A DNA stretch of 64,000 bases from Deltaproteobacteria bacterium (GTDB taxonomy: Bacteria; Desulfobacterota_D; UBA1144; Nemesobacterales; CSP1-2): the NCBI GenBank assembly GCA_052390235.1, contig JBQTHB010000002.1:64001-128000 (forward strand), read 5' to 3'. A model generated the notes under the pieces. It did not search any database, was not told the origin of the DNA, and was given only the letters and a program-made list of their open reading frames with translations. Numbering within the stretch: position 1 is the stretch's first letter; each line of letters starts with the position of its first letter. Below, in pieces: positions 11,067 to 21,003 of this stretch. Position numbers and translations under genes: made by a program.

Positions 11067-11834
11067 ATGAGAAGAAATCCAAGCAATGCCAGAGTCATCT
11101 CGCTATTTGTCGTTTTTCTGATTATTTTCGTTGTCGCCTTCGGTCTCGGCGTAATTGTAGGGATGGGGATAAACACTCCGAAAGAGATTAAAATCGCCGC
11201 TAATACCGAAATCGAGCCGCCCGCCGAGGGGGAATTTATCCCGTCTGAATCCGAACAATTCCCCGAAGAAGATGAGTCTCCATCCCCGACGCCAGAATTT
11301 GATGAATTTGGCGATGCAGAGGCTGAATCCGAGGAAATTGAGTCCCCTGCCCCCACTGTGGCGCCGACTGCCACTCCAATTGCCGGGACTCCCGCGCCTA
11401 CGCCAAAAGCGACGCCGAAGCCTGAGCCGAGGATAAAAGCAACGCCTAAGACTTCTCCATCCCCGACCCCCGCGCCGAAGTCTGAGACGGCGGCCGAATC
11501 CAGAGAAAAGGCGATAAAAAAGGTGCTGGAGTCCCTGCCGAAGCCTAGTGAGAGAACCGCCCCGAAGCCTGAATCAACGCCTAAGGAGTTTAAGGGCGAA
11601 TATACCGTTCAGGTCGGGGCTTTCCAGAAGCAGAGCCAAGCACAGGAAGTGCTGAAGGCCCTCAAAGCGAAGGGTTATCCGGTTTTTGTGAAAGAGGGAT
11701 ACCTGCCGCAGAAAGGCTATTGGTACAGGGTCCAAGTGGGCGCTTTTAAGACCAGAGCCGAGGCAAAGGCGTACGGCGAGGAGCTACAGAGCAAGGTGCG
11801 CGCGGTCAAATCCGTCTATATCATCGGCAAGTAG
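11067..11834 (+). CDS. SPOR domain membrane-anchored protein (FtsN/DedD-like)
   Basis: N-terminal TM helix, Pro/Thr/Glu-rich linker, YTVQVGAF and WYRVQVGAF repeats; typical position after argS. Confidence 0.85.
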   Translation: MRRNPSNARVISLFVVFLIIFVVAFGLGVIVGMGINTPKEIKIAANTEIEPPAEGEFIPSESEQFPEEDESPSPTPEFDEFGDAEAESEEIESPAPTVAPTATPIAGTPAPTPKATPKPEPRIKATPKTSPSPTPAPKSETAAESREKAIKKVLESLPKPSERTAPKPESTPKEFKGEYTVQVGAFQKQSQAQEVLKALKAKGYPVFVKEGYLPQKGYWYRVQVGAFKTRAEAKAYGEELQSKVRAVKSVYIIGK

Positions 11835-11957
11835 CGTCCATTTCAGTCCTGGATTCTGCGATGTCGCGGACACCCTCTCACCGTTGGATGAAAGGCTCAG
11901 GGGGCGGGCGGCAGTGAGCGTAACCGGCATCTCGTATCTCCAAGGGGTAAAATCGAA

Positions 11958-12368
11958 ATGGACAGATGGTTCTGGATGGCTCTGATTGCGATAGCACTTT
12001 GGGGATTGGGTAGCTTCTTTGGGAAACTCGCCTCGGCAAAGGACATCGCCTATAGGGTTTATCTGTTCGAGGGAATAGGGACGATAACGGTGCTGGCGAC
12101 TTTTATGCTCTGGAAGAGAGACGAGGTTCTCTCGAATTTCTCGGTGAACTATTTCGGGCTTCTGATGGGGCTTTGCTGGGGAGTTGGCACGGTGCTGTTT
12201 ATCATCGCGCTCAAGCCTGCGAAGCTCTCGGTGCTTGTGCCGCTCACGGCAGTGTATCCGGTTGTAACGGTTCTTCTGGCGTTTTTGTTTCTGGGGGAGC
12301 GGCTGAGTCCTAAAGAGATTGCTGGCGTGGCACTGGCGATTGTCTCGGCGGTTCTACTCGCGAGGTGA
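11958..12368 (+). CDS. EamA/DMT family small transporter
   Basis: Hydrophobic 136 aa, LWGLG, PLTAVYPVVTVLLAFLFLGERL. Confidence 0.85.
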   Translation: MDRWFWMALIAIALWGLGSFFGKLASAKDIAYRVYLFEGIGTITVLATFMLWKRDEVLSNFSVNYFGLLMGLCWGVGTVLFIIALKPAKLSVLVPLTAVYPVVTVLLAFLFLGERLSPKEIAGVALAIVSAVLLAR

Positions 12369-12419
12369 TTGGTACTGCCGGTAGCTTCGCCGCTCGCAAT
12401 AATTGGGGATTTATGCCCC

Positions 12420-13490
12420 CTAGTTACGTCCCTCGGCGGCGATTTTCTCTATTTCCTTTACGAGTTCCTCGACGAGGGCTTCTTCTTTAAATGATTTTAC
12501 GAGTTTCCCCTTTTTGTACATCATCCCCTTCCCCCTGCCGCCGGCAATCCCAATGTCGGCTTCGAGCGCCTCTCCGGGACCATTGACTACGCATCCGAGT
12601 ATCGAGACTTTAATCGGTCTGGGAAGCTCCACTCCGGCTAATTTCGCCTCCACATCCCCTACGAGCTTCATAAGGTCAATCTCTAGCCTCCCGCATCCGG
12701 GGCAGGATATTATCTCAATCCCGTGCCTTCTGTGCCCAAGCGACCTGAGTATATCTATTCCGAGATGCACCTCTTCAACCGGGTCGTCCGTGAGCGACAC
12801 GCGTATTGTGTCTCCGATGCCCTCGGCAAGTAGTGCGCCGATGCCGATAGCGGATTTTATCGTCCCCATCTTTATCGTTCCGGCTTCGGTAACTCCGAGG
12901 TGAAGCGCGTATTCGCACCGCGAGGCAAGTAGTCTATAGGCTTCAATCATCCTCATCACGTCGGTGGATTTGACAGAGATTTTGATGTCGCGAAAATCGA
13001 GGTCTTCGAGGATGCGTATGTGGCGAAACGCGCTCTCGGCTAGGGCTTCGGCTGTGGGGCTTCCGTGCTTTTTTAGGATGTCCTTCTCGAGCGAGCCCGA
13101 ATTGACGCCGATTCTTATGGGGATTGCCCTTTCTTTCACGGCGTCAACCACGGCTTTGATTCTCGCCTTAGAGCCGATGTTGCCGGGGTTGATTCTCATT
13201 CCGTCAACGCCTTGGCGTATGGCTTCGAGGGCGAGCTTGTAGTCAAAGTGAATATCGGAAACTATGGGGATGGAGGTCTGCTTCTTAATTTCGCCCAGGG
13301 CGCGGGCGGCGTCCATATCCGGCACGGCAAGCCTTACGACGTCGCATCCGGCGCTCTCAATGCGCCGTATCTCGGCGACTGTGGCGGCGACGTCTCTGGT
13401 GTCGGTCTTGGTCATGGTTTGCACTGACACGGGCGCGCCCCCTCCGATTTTCACTCTTCCTATCTTGATTTGACGCGATGGTCTTCTCAT
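12420..13490 (-). CDS. ispG: HMBPP synthase (flavodoxin) IspG
   Basis: SDIHFD, RINPGNIG, HLGVTEAG, IGDTIRVSL, SCPGCGR, GCVVNGPGE. Confidence 0.97.
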   Translation of the reverse strand: MRRPSRQIKIGRVKIGGGAPVSVQTMTKTDTRDVAATVAEIRRIESAGCDVVRLAVPDMDAARALGEIKKQTSIPIVSDIHFDYKLALEAIRQGVDGMRINPGNIGSKARIKAVVDAVKERAIPIRIGVNSGSLEKDILKKHGSPTAEALAESAFRHIRILEDLDFRDIKISVKSTDVMRMIEAYRLLASRCEYALHLGVTEAGTIKMGTIKSAIGIGALLAEGIGDTIRVSLTDDPVEEVHLGIDILRSLGHRRHGIEIISCPGCGRLEIDLMKLVGDVEAKLAGVELPRPIKVSILGCVVNGPGEALEADIGIAGGRGKGMMYKKGKLVKSFKEEALVEELVKEIEKIAAEGRN

Positions 13491-13501
13491 CTTAGGTGAA
13501 G

Positions 13502-13530
13502 AGGTTATTGTAAATAGCGGGGGGTGTCAA
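13502..13530 (-). promoter_or_regulatory. Putative sigma70 promoter of ispG
   Basis: TTGACA-17 nt-TAACCT on minus strand, 11 nt before ATG. Confidence 0.55.
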
Positions 13531-13616
13531 GGACGGGAGGGCGCGGGGGGAGGCTGCCGCCAATATAGTGTTTTGAAATAGGCAAGGTATAGTAATTACG
13601 AGGAGGCGGCAAAAAT

Positions 13617-14024
13617 ATGGGAATGAAAAAAATCATAGGCATAAAACAGGACGCCGGCGCTCCTGCGGATAAAAATGTGGCATTCGCCGGATTTCAAAAA
13701 TCGAGCCAAGCCGATGAGCCTCAAGCCGAGCTAACCGAAGCGCTCGTGTATGAATCTCTCAAGGGGGTGTATGACCCTGAGATTCCCGTGAGCATCGTTG
13801 ACCTTGGGCTGATTTACGACGCTCAAATATCGGGGCGGAACGTGCATCTTAAAATGACACTGACCACTCCCGGATGCGGCATGGGCGCGATGATTGCCAA
13901 GCAAGCCGAGGCGGCTGTGAAGGGCGCCGGGGCTAAGCACGTTCTTGTTGAGATAGTCTGGGATCCGCCATGGAATCCCGATATGATGAGCGACGAGGCT
14001 AGGCAGAAGCTCGGAATTGACTAG
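13617..14024 (+). CDS. DUF59/SufT-like Fe-S assembly protein
   Basis: VYDPEIPVSIVDLGLIY, MTLTTPGC, VWDPPW; GAGGAGG SD. Confidence 0.9.
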   Translation: MGMKKIIGIKQDAGAPADKNVAFAGFQKSSQADEPQAELTEALVYESLKGVYDPEIPVSIVDLGLIYDAQISGRNVHLKMTLTTPGCGMGAMIAKQAEAAVKGAGAKHVLVEIVWDPPWNPDMMSDEARQKLGID

Positions 14025-14101
14025 AGTTTCATGAGCGGCGGGAGTATGGCAAATCTGAGCCCCAACCGGGGCAGTGGGCGCGCTCACCGTGAATTATCCA
14101 T

Positions 14102-15166
14102 TTGGAGGCAATAAGGAAATTGGAATTAACCCCTGAGAGTGTAAAAAACGCGCTGAAGCGGATAAAATACCCCGGATTCACGAGAGACATAGTTTCCTTT
14201 GGCATCGTCAAGGACGTTGAAATCGAAGGCTCGAAGGTAAAATTACAACTCGTGTTCCCGAAGCCGGACGATAAAATCGAGGCAGAGGTCAAAGACGCGG
14301 TTCAGAAGAAATTGTTTGAATCCGAGGCGATCTCGGAGGTCGAGATTAAAACCTCGGTGAGAGAGGGCAAACCCTCTCAAGCCCAGACATCCGAAGCAAA
14401 AAAAACTAAACTCCCCGCGGTTAAGCACTACATCGCCGTAGCGAGCGGCAAGGGAGGAGTCGGCAAATCCACCGTTGCCGTGAACCTCGCCCTCGCCATA
14501 TCTAAACTGAGGGGGGGCGTAGGATTAATGGACGCCGACATCTGGGGACCAAGCGCCCCGATAATGATGGGGATCAACAAAAGACCGCTCGCCACGCCGG
14601 AGCAGAAAATCATCCCACTTGAGAGGCACGGGATAAAGGTCATGTCTATAGGGTTTCTCATTGACGACGACGAGACTGTGATTTGGCGTGGCCCAATGGT
14701 TCACGGGGCTGTGAAGCAATTTATCGAGGATGTGGAGTGGCGGGGCGTGGATTATCTCGTGATTGACCTTCCGCCGGGAACCGGGGACGCTCAACTCTCG
14801 CTAATTCAGACAGCGCCTCTGAGCGGCGGGGTGATTGTTACGACCCCTCAGGACGTGGCGTTGATTGACGTGCGAAGGGGCGTGCAGATGTTTGAGAAAC
14901 TAAACGTGCCCGTGCTTGGGGTGGTTGAGAACATGAGCTATCTGCTCTGCCCTCACTGCGACGGCGAAATGGATATTTTCGGCAGGGGAGGGGGCAGGAG
15001 AATGGCTGAGAAATTTGGCGTGCCTTTTCTCGGCGAAATCCCCATAGACCCGGCTATTAGAAAAGGCGGCGATTCGGGAATACCGATAATTGAATCCGAC
15101 CCGGATAGCCTGGTGTCGAAGGCGTTTATGGATATAGCGCGCATGGTCTTGGTCTCCATCGAGTAA
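14102..15166 (+). CDS. apbC: Mrp/NBP35 (ApbC) Fe-S cluster carrier ATPase
   Basis: ASGKGGVGKST, DADIWGPS, IWRGPM, DLPPGTGD, CPHC; TTG start, exact start uncertain. Confidence 0.92.
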   Translation: MEAIRKLELTPESVKNALKRIKYPGFTRDIVSFGIVKDVEIEGSKVKLQLVFPKPDDKIEAEVKDAVQKKLFESEAISEVEIKTSVREGKPSQAQTSEAKKTKLPAVKHYIAVASGKGGVGKSTVAVNLALAISKLRGGVGLMDADIWGPSAPIMMGINKRPLATPEQKIIPLERHGIKVMSIGFLIDDDETVIWRGPMVHGAVKQFIEDVEWRGVDYLVIDLPPGTGDAQLSLIQTAPLSGGVIVTTPQDVALIDVRRGVQMFEKLNVPVLGVVENMSYLLCPHCDGEMDIFGRGGGRRMAEKFGVPFLGEIPIDPAIRKGGDSGIPIIESDPDSLVSKAFMDIARMVLVSIE

Positions 15167-15315
15167 TGCCTGCGGGCAGAGCCGTTTTCAGTGGTTATCC
15201 CAAAAGCTCATCATCTGGATTCTTCGCCGTGGGTTTACATGAAATATGCTCAGAGCGATGTTCGCGCTAATTTGGGGTTTCAAATATCTATAAAAAATCC
15301 TGCGGGCGTTCTGCC

Positions 15316-15365
15316 TTGACTCCCGACGAGCCGTGATTAATTTTAGATTAGAAATTAGAATCTAA
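15316..15365 (+). promoter_or_regulatory. Putative promoter plus perfect 7-9-7 inverted repeat upstream of hsp20-dnaJ
   Basis: TTGACT-16 nt-TAATTT, then TTAGATT-N9-AATCTAA (15343-15365) running into SD AAGGAGG. Confidence 0.5.
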
Positions 15366-15379
15366 GGAGGCAGTGAAAA

Positions 15380-15826
15380 ATGATGAGATTTACCGTTAGA
15401 GACCCATGGGCTTACGGGGCGCTTGAGGCTAAATTCAATAAAATGATTGATGAAACGCTCAAAAATTTCTATCCGTATGAGGCGGAGCCCAAATTCCGCT
15501 GGTCGCCCGCAGTGGACATACGCGAGACCGCAGAGGGGTTCATCGTGAGAGCCGACGTTCCCGGAATAGCCAAGGACGAAATCCGAATTGACGTTAAGGA
15601 TTCAACCCTTACCATAAGCGGCGAGAAGAAATCCGAGGACGGAGCGTCGGATAATAATTATGTGAGAGTGGAGCGGGTATCGGGAACTTTTGCCCGTAGC
15701 TTCTCTCTTCCCAAAAACGTTGACTCCGAGAAAATAAAAGCCACTTACAGAGACGGCGTGCTTGAACTCATCCTCCCCAAGAGAGACGAAGCCCAACTGA
15801 AGCAGATTAAAGTTGAAATTAACTGA
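15380..15826 (+). CDS. Hsp20/alpha-crystallin small heat-shock protein
   Basis: WSPAVDIRE, LTISGEK, RVERVSGTFARSFSLP, ATYRDGVL. Confidence 0.93.
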   Translation: MMRFTVRDPWAYGALEAKFNKMIDETLKNFYPYEAEPKFRWSPAVDIRETAEGFIVRADVPGIAKDEIRIDVKDSTLTISGEKKSEDGASDNNYVRVERVSGTFARSFSLPKNVDSEKIKATYRDGVLELILPKRDEAQLKQIKVEIN

Positions 15827-15886
15827 GGCCTAGATAAACCAAGCCGCTTCTGTCAGAATTAACGGCGGGAGCGGCATCTACAGTAA

Positions 15887-16999
15887 ATGGCGACAAAACG
15901 AGATTACTACGAGGTGCTTGGCGTTGCAAAAGACGCATCCCAAGGAGACATTAAGAGGGCCTATAGAAAGCTCGCCCGCCGCCATCATCCCGACCTAAAC
16001 CCCGGCAGTAAAGAATCAGAAGACAAATTCAAGGAACTCCAGCAGGCTTACGAAATCCTCTCCAAAGAGGACAAACGAAGGGCTTACGACTCCTACGGAA
16101 GCTCCCCGTTTCAAAGAGGCGGCGCGGGGCAAAGGGGGGCAAACCCCGAACACCCCGGAGGATACTCTCAGCAGTACAGCCCCCACGAGGTCAACCTAGA
16201 AGACCTCTTTGGCGGCGGCTTCGATGATATTTTCCGAGACCCCGCTGCCCCCCAAAAGCGCGGACGCGACATTGAATACCAAATCGAAATAGATTTTGAA
16301 ACTGCAATCAGGGGCGGCTCAAGGGATATTTCCCTCACCAGAGAGGCTATGTGCGGGGTTTGCGCTGGGACGGGCGTAAATCCGGGAGGCGCGGCGAAAA
16401 CCTGCCCTCAGTGCAAGGGGAGCGGTAGGCTCAATTTCACCGGCATCTTCGGCATCGGCAAAGCCTGCAACGCCTGCTCCGGCACGGGAAAGTCGCCAGA
16501 CCCCTGCCGAAATTGCGGGGCAAAGGGCAGAATCCCGCAGTCTGAGACGATTTCCGTCAGAATCCCCTCCGGCGTGGATAGCGGCTCGAAAATCCGCGTG
16601 CCAGGAAAAGGGCAGGAGGCGGCAAGTTCGGTGGGCGATTTGTATCTTCGGATAAAAGTAAGCCCTCATCCAATATTTGACCGCGAGGACGGCGATATAT
16701 ATGTTGAACTGCCAGTTACGTTCTATGAAGCGGCTTTAGGGGCGCAGATTCAGGTTCCCACAATTGACGGGGCGGCGGTAGTGGTTACGATTCCCTCAGG
16801 GGTGCAGAACGGCACGAAGCTCAGACTGAGGGGCAAGGGCGCGCCTAATATCAAAACCAAAGAGCGCGGGGACCAGTACGTGCTTGTGAAAATCGTCATG
16901 CCGGAGCATCTATCGGAGAGCGCGAAGAGGAAATTTGAAGAGCTTCAAAAGGCGAGTTCCTACAATCCGAGGGAATTTCTTGAGAAATACATGAGGTGA
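15887..16999 (+). CDS. dnaJ: Chaperone DnaJ-type protein
   Basis: [12 protein letters not shown] motif, G/F-rich region, four CxxCxGxG-like repeats, C-terminal domain. Confidence 0.92.
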   Translation: MATKRDYYEVLGVAKDASQGDIKRAYRKLARRHHPDLNPGSKESEDKFKELQQAYEILSKEDKRRAYDSYGSSPFQRGGAGQRGANPEHPGGYSQQYSPHEVNLEDLFGGGFDDIFRDPAAPQKRGRDIEYQIEIDFETAIRGGSRDISLTREAMCGVCAGTGVNPGGAAKTCPQCKGSGRLNFTGIFGIGKACNACSGTGKSPDPCRNCGAKGRIPQSETISVRIPSGVDSGSKIRVPGKGQEAASSVGDLYLRIKVSPHPIFDREDGDIYVELPVTFYEAALGAQIQVPTIDGAAVVVTIPSGVQNGTKLRLRGKGAPNIKTKERGDQYVLVKIVMPEHLSESAKRKFEELQKASSYNPREFLEKYMR

Positions 17000-17062
17000 A
17001 ATCATCCCTGCGCTGATTGCCGAGCCGTCTATTCAATAAAACCAACCGAGGATAAGTTAATC

Positions 17063-17359
17063 ATGAGCGAAGAAGATGTGAAAAAAGACGCAGAAAGCGC
17101 ATGGCTATTTAAAATGGATTTCTCGACGTTTATTCTGTCTCTGAATACCACAGCGCTGATTCACCTGGGCGAGATTCCAGACCCGGAGTCCAGAGAAAGA
17201 GCGCAGAGCATTCCGGCGGCTAAGCACACGATTGAAATTCTGGAGATAATCAACGCCAAGACCAAGGGGAATTTAGACGCCAAGGAACAAAACCTCCTCG
17301 ACGACGTTATCTATGACCTCAAAATGAAGTACATCAGAAATTTCCGGTCCGCTCGCTGA
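17063..17359 (+). CDS. DUF1844-like protein
   Basis: DFSTFILSL, ALIHLGE, AKHTIEIL, KTKGNL pattern. Confidence 0.8.
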   Translation: MSEEDVKKDAESAWLFKMDFSTFILSLNTTALIHLGEIPDPESRERAQSIPAAKHTIEILEIINAKTKGNLDAKEQNLLDDVIYDLKMKYIRNFRSAR

Positions 17360-17431
17360 ACGCCCGCCCATCGGGGGTTATCATAGTTTGCAATATGAGT
17401 AGAGGCTGAGAAAATCGGCTTCTTCATCGTA

Positions 17432-18193
17432 TTATAAAGCCCCTATCGCCTGCATCTGCCGAGGGAGAAGTTCATAGGCGCTTTGAATGATTGAGAGGAC
17501 TTTATCCCTGCCGACGACCTCCTCAAGCGCGCGCAGTCCCTCCCCCGCGACGGGCGGGCGTTCCCTTCTGGAGTGTCCGTCAGAGGCAATCGCGTGAATC
17601 ACCCCCATCTGTGCGAGCTTCACGGCGCACTCAAACGCCTTCTCGCCGAAATATCCCGTAAAAGAGGACGCCGTAATTTGGGCTAAGCACCCGGACTCGA
17701 CAAAATCGAGAACCCTTTTCGGGTTTTTCTGAATCTCTTTGCTCCGCTCCGGGTGGGCGAGAATCGGCGTAATCCCTTCGGCTTGGAGGTGAAAGAGTAT
17801 CTGTTCAATCCCCAGCGGGAGCGACGTAAAGGGAATCTCCACGAGCAGATGCCGCCCTCCGGCGAGAGTTAGAATCCTCCCCGCCGCGGCGAGTCTCGAT
17901 AGGCTGTCGGTTATTGCCACCTCCATGCCGGCGTAAATCGTGAGCGGTATGTGGTTTTCCCTGAGCCTGTCGTTGAGTTCGCTGACCTTGCGCATTACCG
18001 TCTCCGCGCCCGGCTGCCAATTTGTTCCCTGAATCCAGTGCGGTGTTGCAATTATCGCCCGCGCGCCGCCCTCGACGGCGATTTTAGCCATCTCAAGGCT
18101 CTCGTCCCAGGTTTTGGGGCCATCGTCAATATCGGGGAGGATGTGGCAGTGAATATCCAAAATGTTTTCGTATCTGAAATCTCTGTCGGTCAT
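17432..18193 (-). CDS. CpsB/CapC (YwqE-like) PHP-family tyrosine phosphatase
   Basis: DIHCHILPDIDDG, IATPH, LAHPER, ASDGH. Confidence 0.9.
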   Translation of the reverse strand: MTDRDFRYENILDIHCHILPDIDDGPKTWDESLEMAKIAVEGGARAIIATPHWIQGTNWQPGAETVMRKVSELNDRLRENHIPLTIYAGMEVAITDSLSRLAAAGRILTLAGGRHLLVEIPFTSLPLGIEQILFHLQAEGITPILAHPERSKEIQKNPKRVLDFVESGCLAQITASSFTGYFGEKAFECAVKLAQMGVIHAIASDGHSRRERPPVAGEGLRALEEVVGRDKVLSIIQSAYELLPRQMQAIGAL

Positions 18194-18343
18194 AGAAATT
18201 AATTCTACTGCTCATCGTCGAGCTGTACAAATTACCCCCAAAATCCGCTAAAACGCCCATCTGTCTCCGTCATCGCTGGGAGCGATACCGAGGTTTGGCA
18301 AACTCGCTGTATTATTAATCTCAATAAATTTCATATTCGGGGC

Positions 18344-19822
18344 TTGCTCATGGACATAGCTAAAATTATCAGGCGGTTTTCTCAGTTCAGAGTGTCTGTC
18401 GCCGGAGACCTGATGCTTGACCGCTACATCTGGGGCGCGGTGAACAGAATATCCCCGGAAGCCCCAGTGCCTGTGCTGGATGTCTCCTCGGAAAATACCC
18501 TCCCCGGCGGCGCGGCAAACGTCGCCCGCAATCTAAAATCCCTAGGCGCCGAGGTTAATCTCTTCGGCTCGGCAGGGGGAGATTCGGACGGCGCAAACCT
18601 CCTTCTGCTCCTCGCAAATTTCGGCGTTGGCGCGGACGGCGTAATTATCAATCCCGAAAAACCCACTACGACAAAAACGCGACTAATCGCCGAAAATCAG
18701 CAGATTACCCGAATTGACAGGGAAGATGTCTCGCCAATCTCCGAGGCCATGAAATCAAAAGTTATTGAGAAATTTGCCGTCTCGCTTGAGATAAATCCTC
18801 CCGACGCGCTGATAATCTCTGACTACAACAAAGGACTGTTCGCAGAAGACCTGCTTCGAGAAATTATCGCTCTCGCCCGCAAGCGGAAAATTTTAATCGC
18901 CGTTGACCCCAAGGGCGCGGATTTCTCCAAGTACCGGGGCGCGGACATTATCACGCCCAATCAAAAAGAGGCTGAGCAGGCCGTCGGATTTTCCATCGGC
19001 GATGAAAAAAGCGCGGGACTCGCCATAGACGCTCTCGCCCAGAGAGCCGGGGTAAAAACCGCTCTCATCACCAGAGGGAGGCTCGGAATAAGTTTCAGGG
19101 CTGATAGTGGGGCGATAACGACCGTGTCGTCCGAGGCGAGGGAGGTATTTGATGTAACCGGCGCGGGGGATACAGTCATAGCCGCGTTCACGCTCTCGTA
19201 TTTGGCATCGGGCGATTTGGAGACCTCGGTTCGGATTGCCAACCGCTCGGCGGGGATAGTCGTAGGGCGCGTCGGGGCGGCGACTGTAACCCAGGAGGAT
19301 TTGCTCCGTAATTTCCGAAATGACGGGAGCAGGCAGGCATCGAAAATTCTGCTGTGGGAGCATCTTGCGCAGTCGCTCTTGCCGCCCAGGGCAAAGGGGC
19401 AGAGGGTCGTATTCACAAACGGGTGCTTCGACCTCCTGCACGCGGGGCATCTGGAAATTCTAAAGCGGGCAAAAGCCCTAGGGGATGTTCTAGTTGTCGG
19501 CGTGAATTCAGATGCCTCGGTGCGCAGGCTCAAGGGCGATGCCCGCCCCATCGTCGGCGAGGCAGACAGAGCGGCGATGCTTGCCGCCCTAGAGTGCGTG
19601 GACTATGCCGTGATATTCCATGAAGACACCCCTATTAATCTCATCCGCGAAATCAAGCCGGATGTTCTGGTCAAAGGCGGGGATTACGCCGCCGAAAGCG
19701 TAGCCGGAGCGGATGAGATAAAAAGCTGGGGCGGCGAGATGGTCTTAGTTCCATTAATTGAGGGCGTGTCCACATCGGCGCTGATTGAGAGAATGAGGCG
19801 GCGGGGCGGCAGTCCGGATTAG
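18344..19822 (+). CDS. hldE: Bifunctional heptose-7-phosphate kinase / heptose-1-phosphate adenylyltransferase
   Basis: RISPEAPVPV, GGAANVA, DVTGAGDT, FTNGCFDLLHAGH, VKGGDY; start may be ATG 18350. Confidence 0.95.
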   Translation: MLMDIAKIIRRFSQFRVSVAGDLMLDRYIWGAVNRISPEAPVPVLDVSSENTLPGGAANVARNLKSLGAEVNLFGSAGGDSDGANLLLLLANFGVGADGVIINPEKPTTTKTRLIAENQQITRIDREDVSPISEAMKSKVIEKFAVSLEINPPDALIISDYNKGLFAEDLLREIIALARKRKILIAVDPKGADFSKYRGADIITPNQKEAEQAVGFSIGDEKSAGLAIDALAQRAGVKTALITRGRLGISFRADSGAITTVSSEAREVFDVTGAGDTVIAAFTLSYLASGDLETSVRIANRSAGIVVGRVGAATVTQEDLLRNFRNDGSRQASKILLWEHLAQSLLPPRAKGQRVVFTNGCFDLLHAGHLEILKRAKALGDVLVVGVNSDASVRRLKGDARPIVGEADRAAMLAALECVDYAVIFHEDTPINLIREIKPDVLVKGGDYAAESVAGADEIKSWGGEMVLVPLIEGVSTSALIERMRRRGGSPD

Positions 19823-19916
19823 AATGGCCAAATTGACGCCGGGGAGCGGCTCGAGCATAACCCCTCCCCTGTGCGAGCGCGATTCAGCAGGACAGCTCTG
19901 ATGGGGGATACGTCTC

Positions 19917-20225
19917 TCAGTCGGTTTCCTTCGGCTCTGACATTTCGGGACTCTTAGCCTTTGAAGCGCGGCTTCTTGCTTTCCTCCCCTCTTCGAGCTT
20001 GTCGAGCCGCTTCTCTACCGCTTTGAGGCGCTGATTCAGAGCGGCTAAATCCTTTTTTGTCGTAATATTGAGGCCCTTTATGGCTTTTTGAATGTTTTTA
20101 TCGAGAGAGCTTCTCGCCGAGCCAATCTGAGCCTCGATTTTCGTCTCTAGGGACTCAATCCATTTTCTATTGCCGATGAGATCCCCTATCGCTTTTTTTA
20201 TCTCTTCCTTGTCCATAGTATTCAC
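19917..20225 (-). CDS. Small coiled-coil protein, phasin-like C-terminal motif
   Basis: LNITTKKDLAALNQRL resembles the phasin-family LxIxTKxD motif; GGAGG SD; last gene of minus-strand operon. Confidence 0.55.
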   Translation of the reverse strand: MNTMDKEEIKKAIGDLIGNRKWIESLETKIEAQIGSARSSLDKNIQKAIKGLNITTKKDLAALNQRLKAVEKRLDKLEEGRKARSRASKAKSPEMSEPKETD

Positions 20226-20246
20226 CTCCCCAATGAGATTTTACGG

Positions 20247-21002
20247 CTAATTGCAGAGTGAAGTTAAATAGCTCTTCGCGCTTATTCCAATTGTGGAAGC
20301 GGGAGAAATTTCGGCGACGCGCTTGAACGACGCGCAGGCGAGGGGGGCGTTCTTGAGCTTCAAATAGGCAATGCCCATGTTATAGTGCGCCTCGTCATAG
20401 ACATCATACCCCTCAATTGCTATGCGGAACTCATCGAGGGCTTCCTCCTCGCGTCCGGCCGCCATGTAGAGCTTTCCCAGTTCGTTGTGCGTATAAACTA
20501 GGGCGGGGTTGATTTCGAGCGACTGCCTGAAGTATCCGAGCGCTTTATCGTTCTGCCCTTTTCTTACATAGGCTACTCCCAGGCTCGTGAGCGCTTTGTC
20601 TCTCGATGGATAGACCGCATCCGCCGCCGCTCTGCCGCACTCTCTTATCGCTTCGTCCGCTTTATCGAGCGTGAGATATAAACCGCAGAGGTTATAGCGC
20701 GCCTCCGAGTAGTCGGGTTTTAGCTCAAGCGCCCTGTAGTAGGACGCCTCGGTTTCCTTGTAATCCTTCAGGGCAAAATAGATGAGCCCTCTGATTAATT
20801 GGACTTCGGCGTCGCTCCGGTCAATGGCTTCGGCGGCTTTGATGTCTTCAATCGCCTGTCTGAAGTTTTTTCTGTAGAGCGAGGCTATGGCAAGGGATTT
20901 TTGATCCCCTAGGGACTCGCCTTCTCGGCTCTTTTCCCCTGTCTTCCATCCGCAGGAAGCCAGAGCGAGACAGATTGTAAAAAGCAGGAGTAATTTTTTC
21001 AT
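20247..21002 (-). CDS. TPR lipoprotein (PilF/PilW-like pilotin)
   Basis: Lipobox LASC, multiple TPR repeats (ARYNL, ALTSLG, HNELG, AHYNMG). Confidence 0.75.
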   Translation of the reverse strand: MKKLLLLFTICLALASCGWKTGEKSREGESLGDQKSLAIASLYRKNFRQAIEDIKAAEAIDRSDAEVQLIRGLIYFALKDYKETEASYYRALELKPDYSEARYNLCGLYLTLDKADEAIRECGRAAADAVYPSRDKALTSLGVAYVRKGQNDKALGYFRQSLEINPALVYTHNELGKLYMAAGREEEALDEFRIAIEGYDVYDEAHYNMGIAYLKLKNAPLACASFKRVAEISPASTIGISAKSYLTSLCN

Positions 21003-21003
21003 C

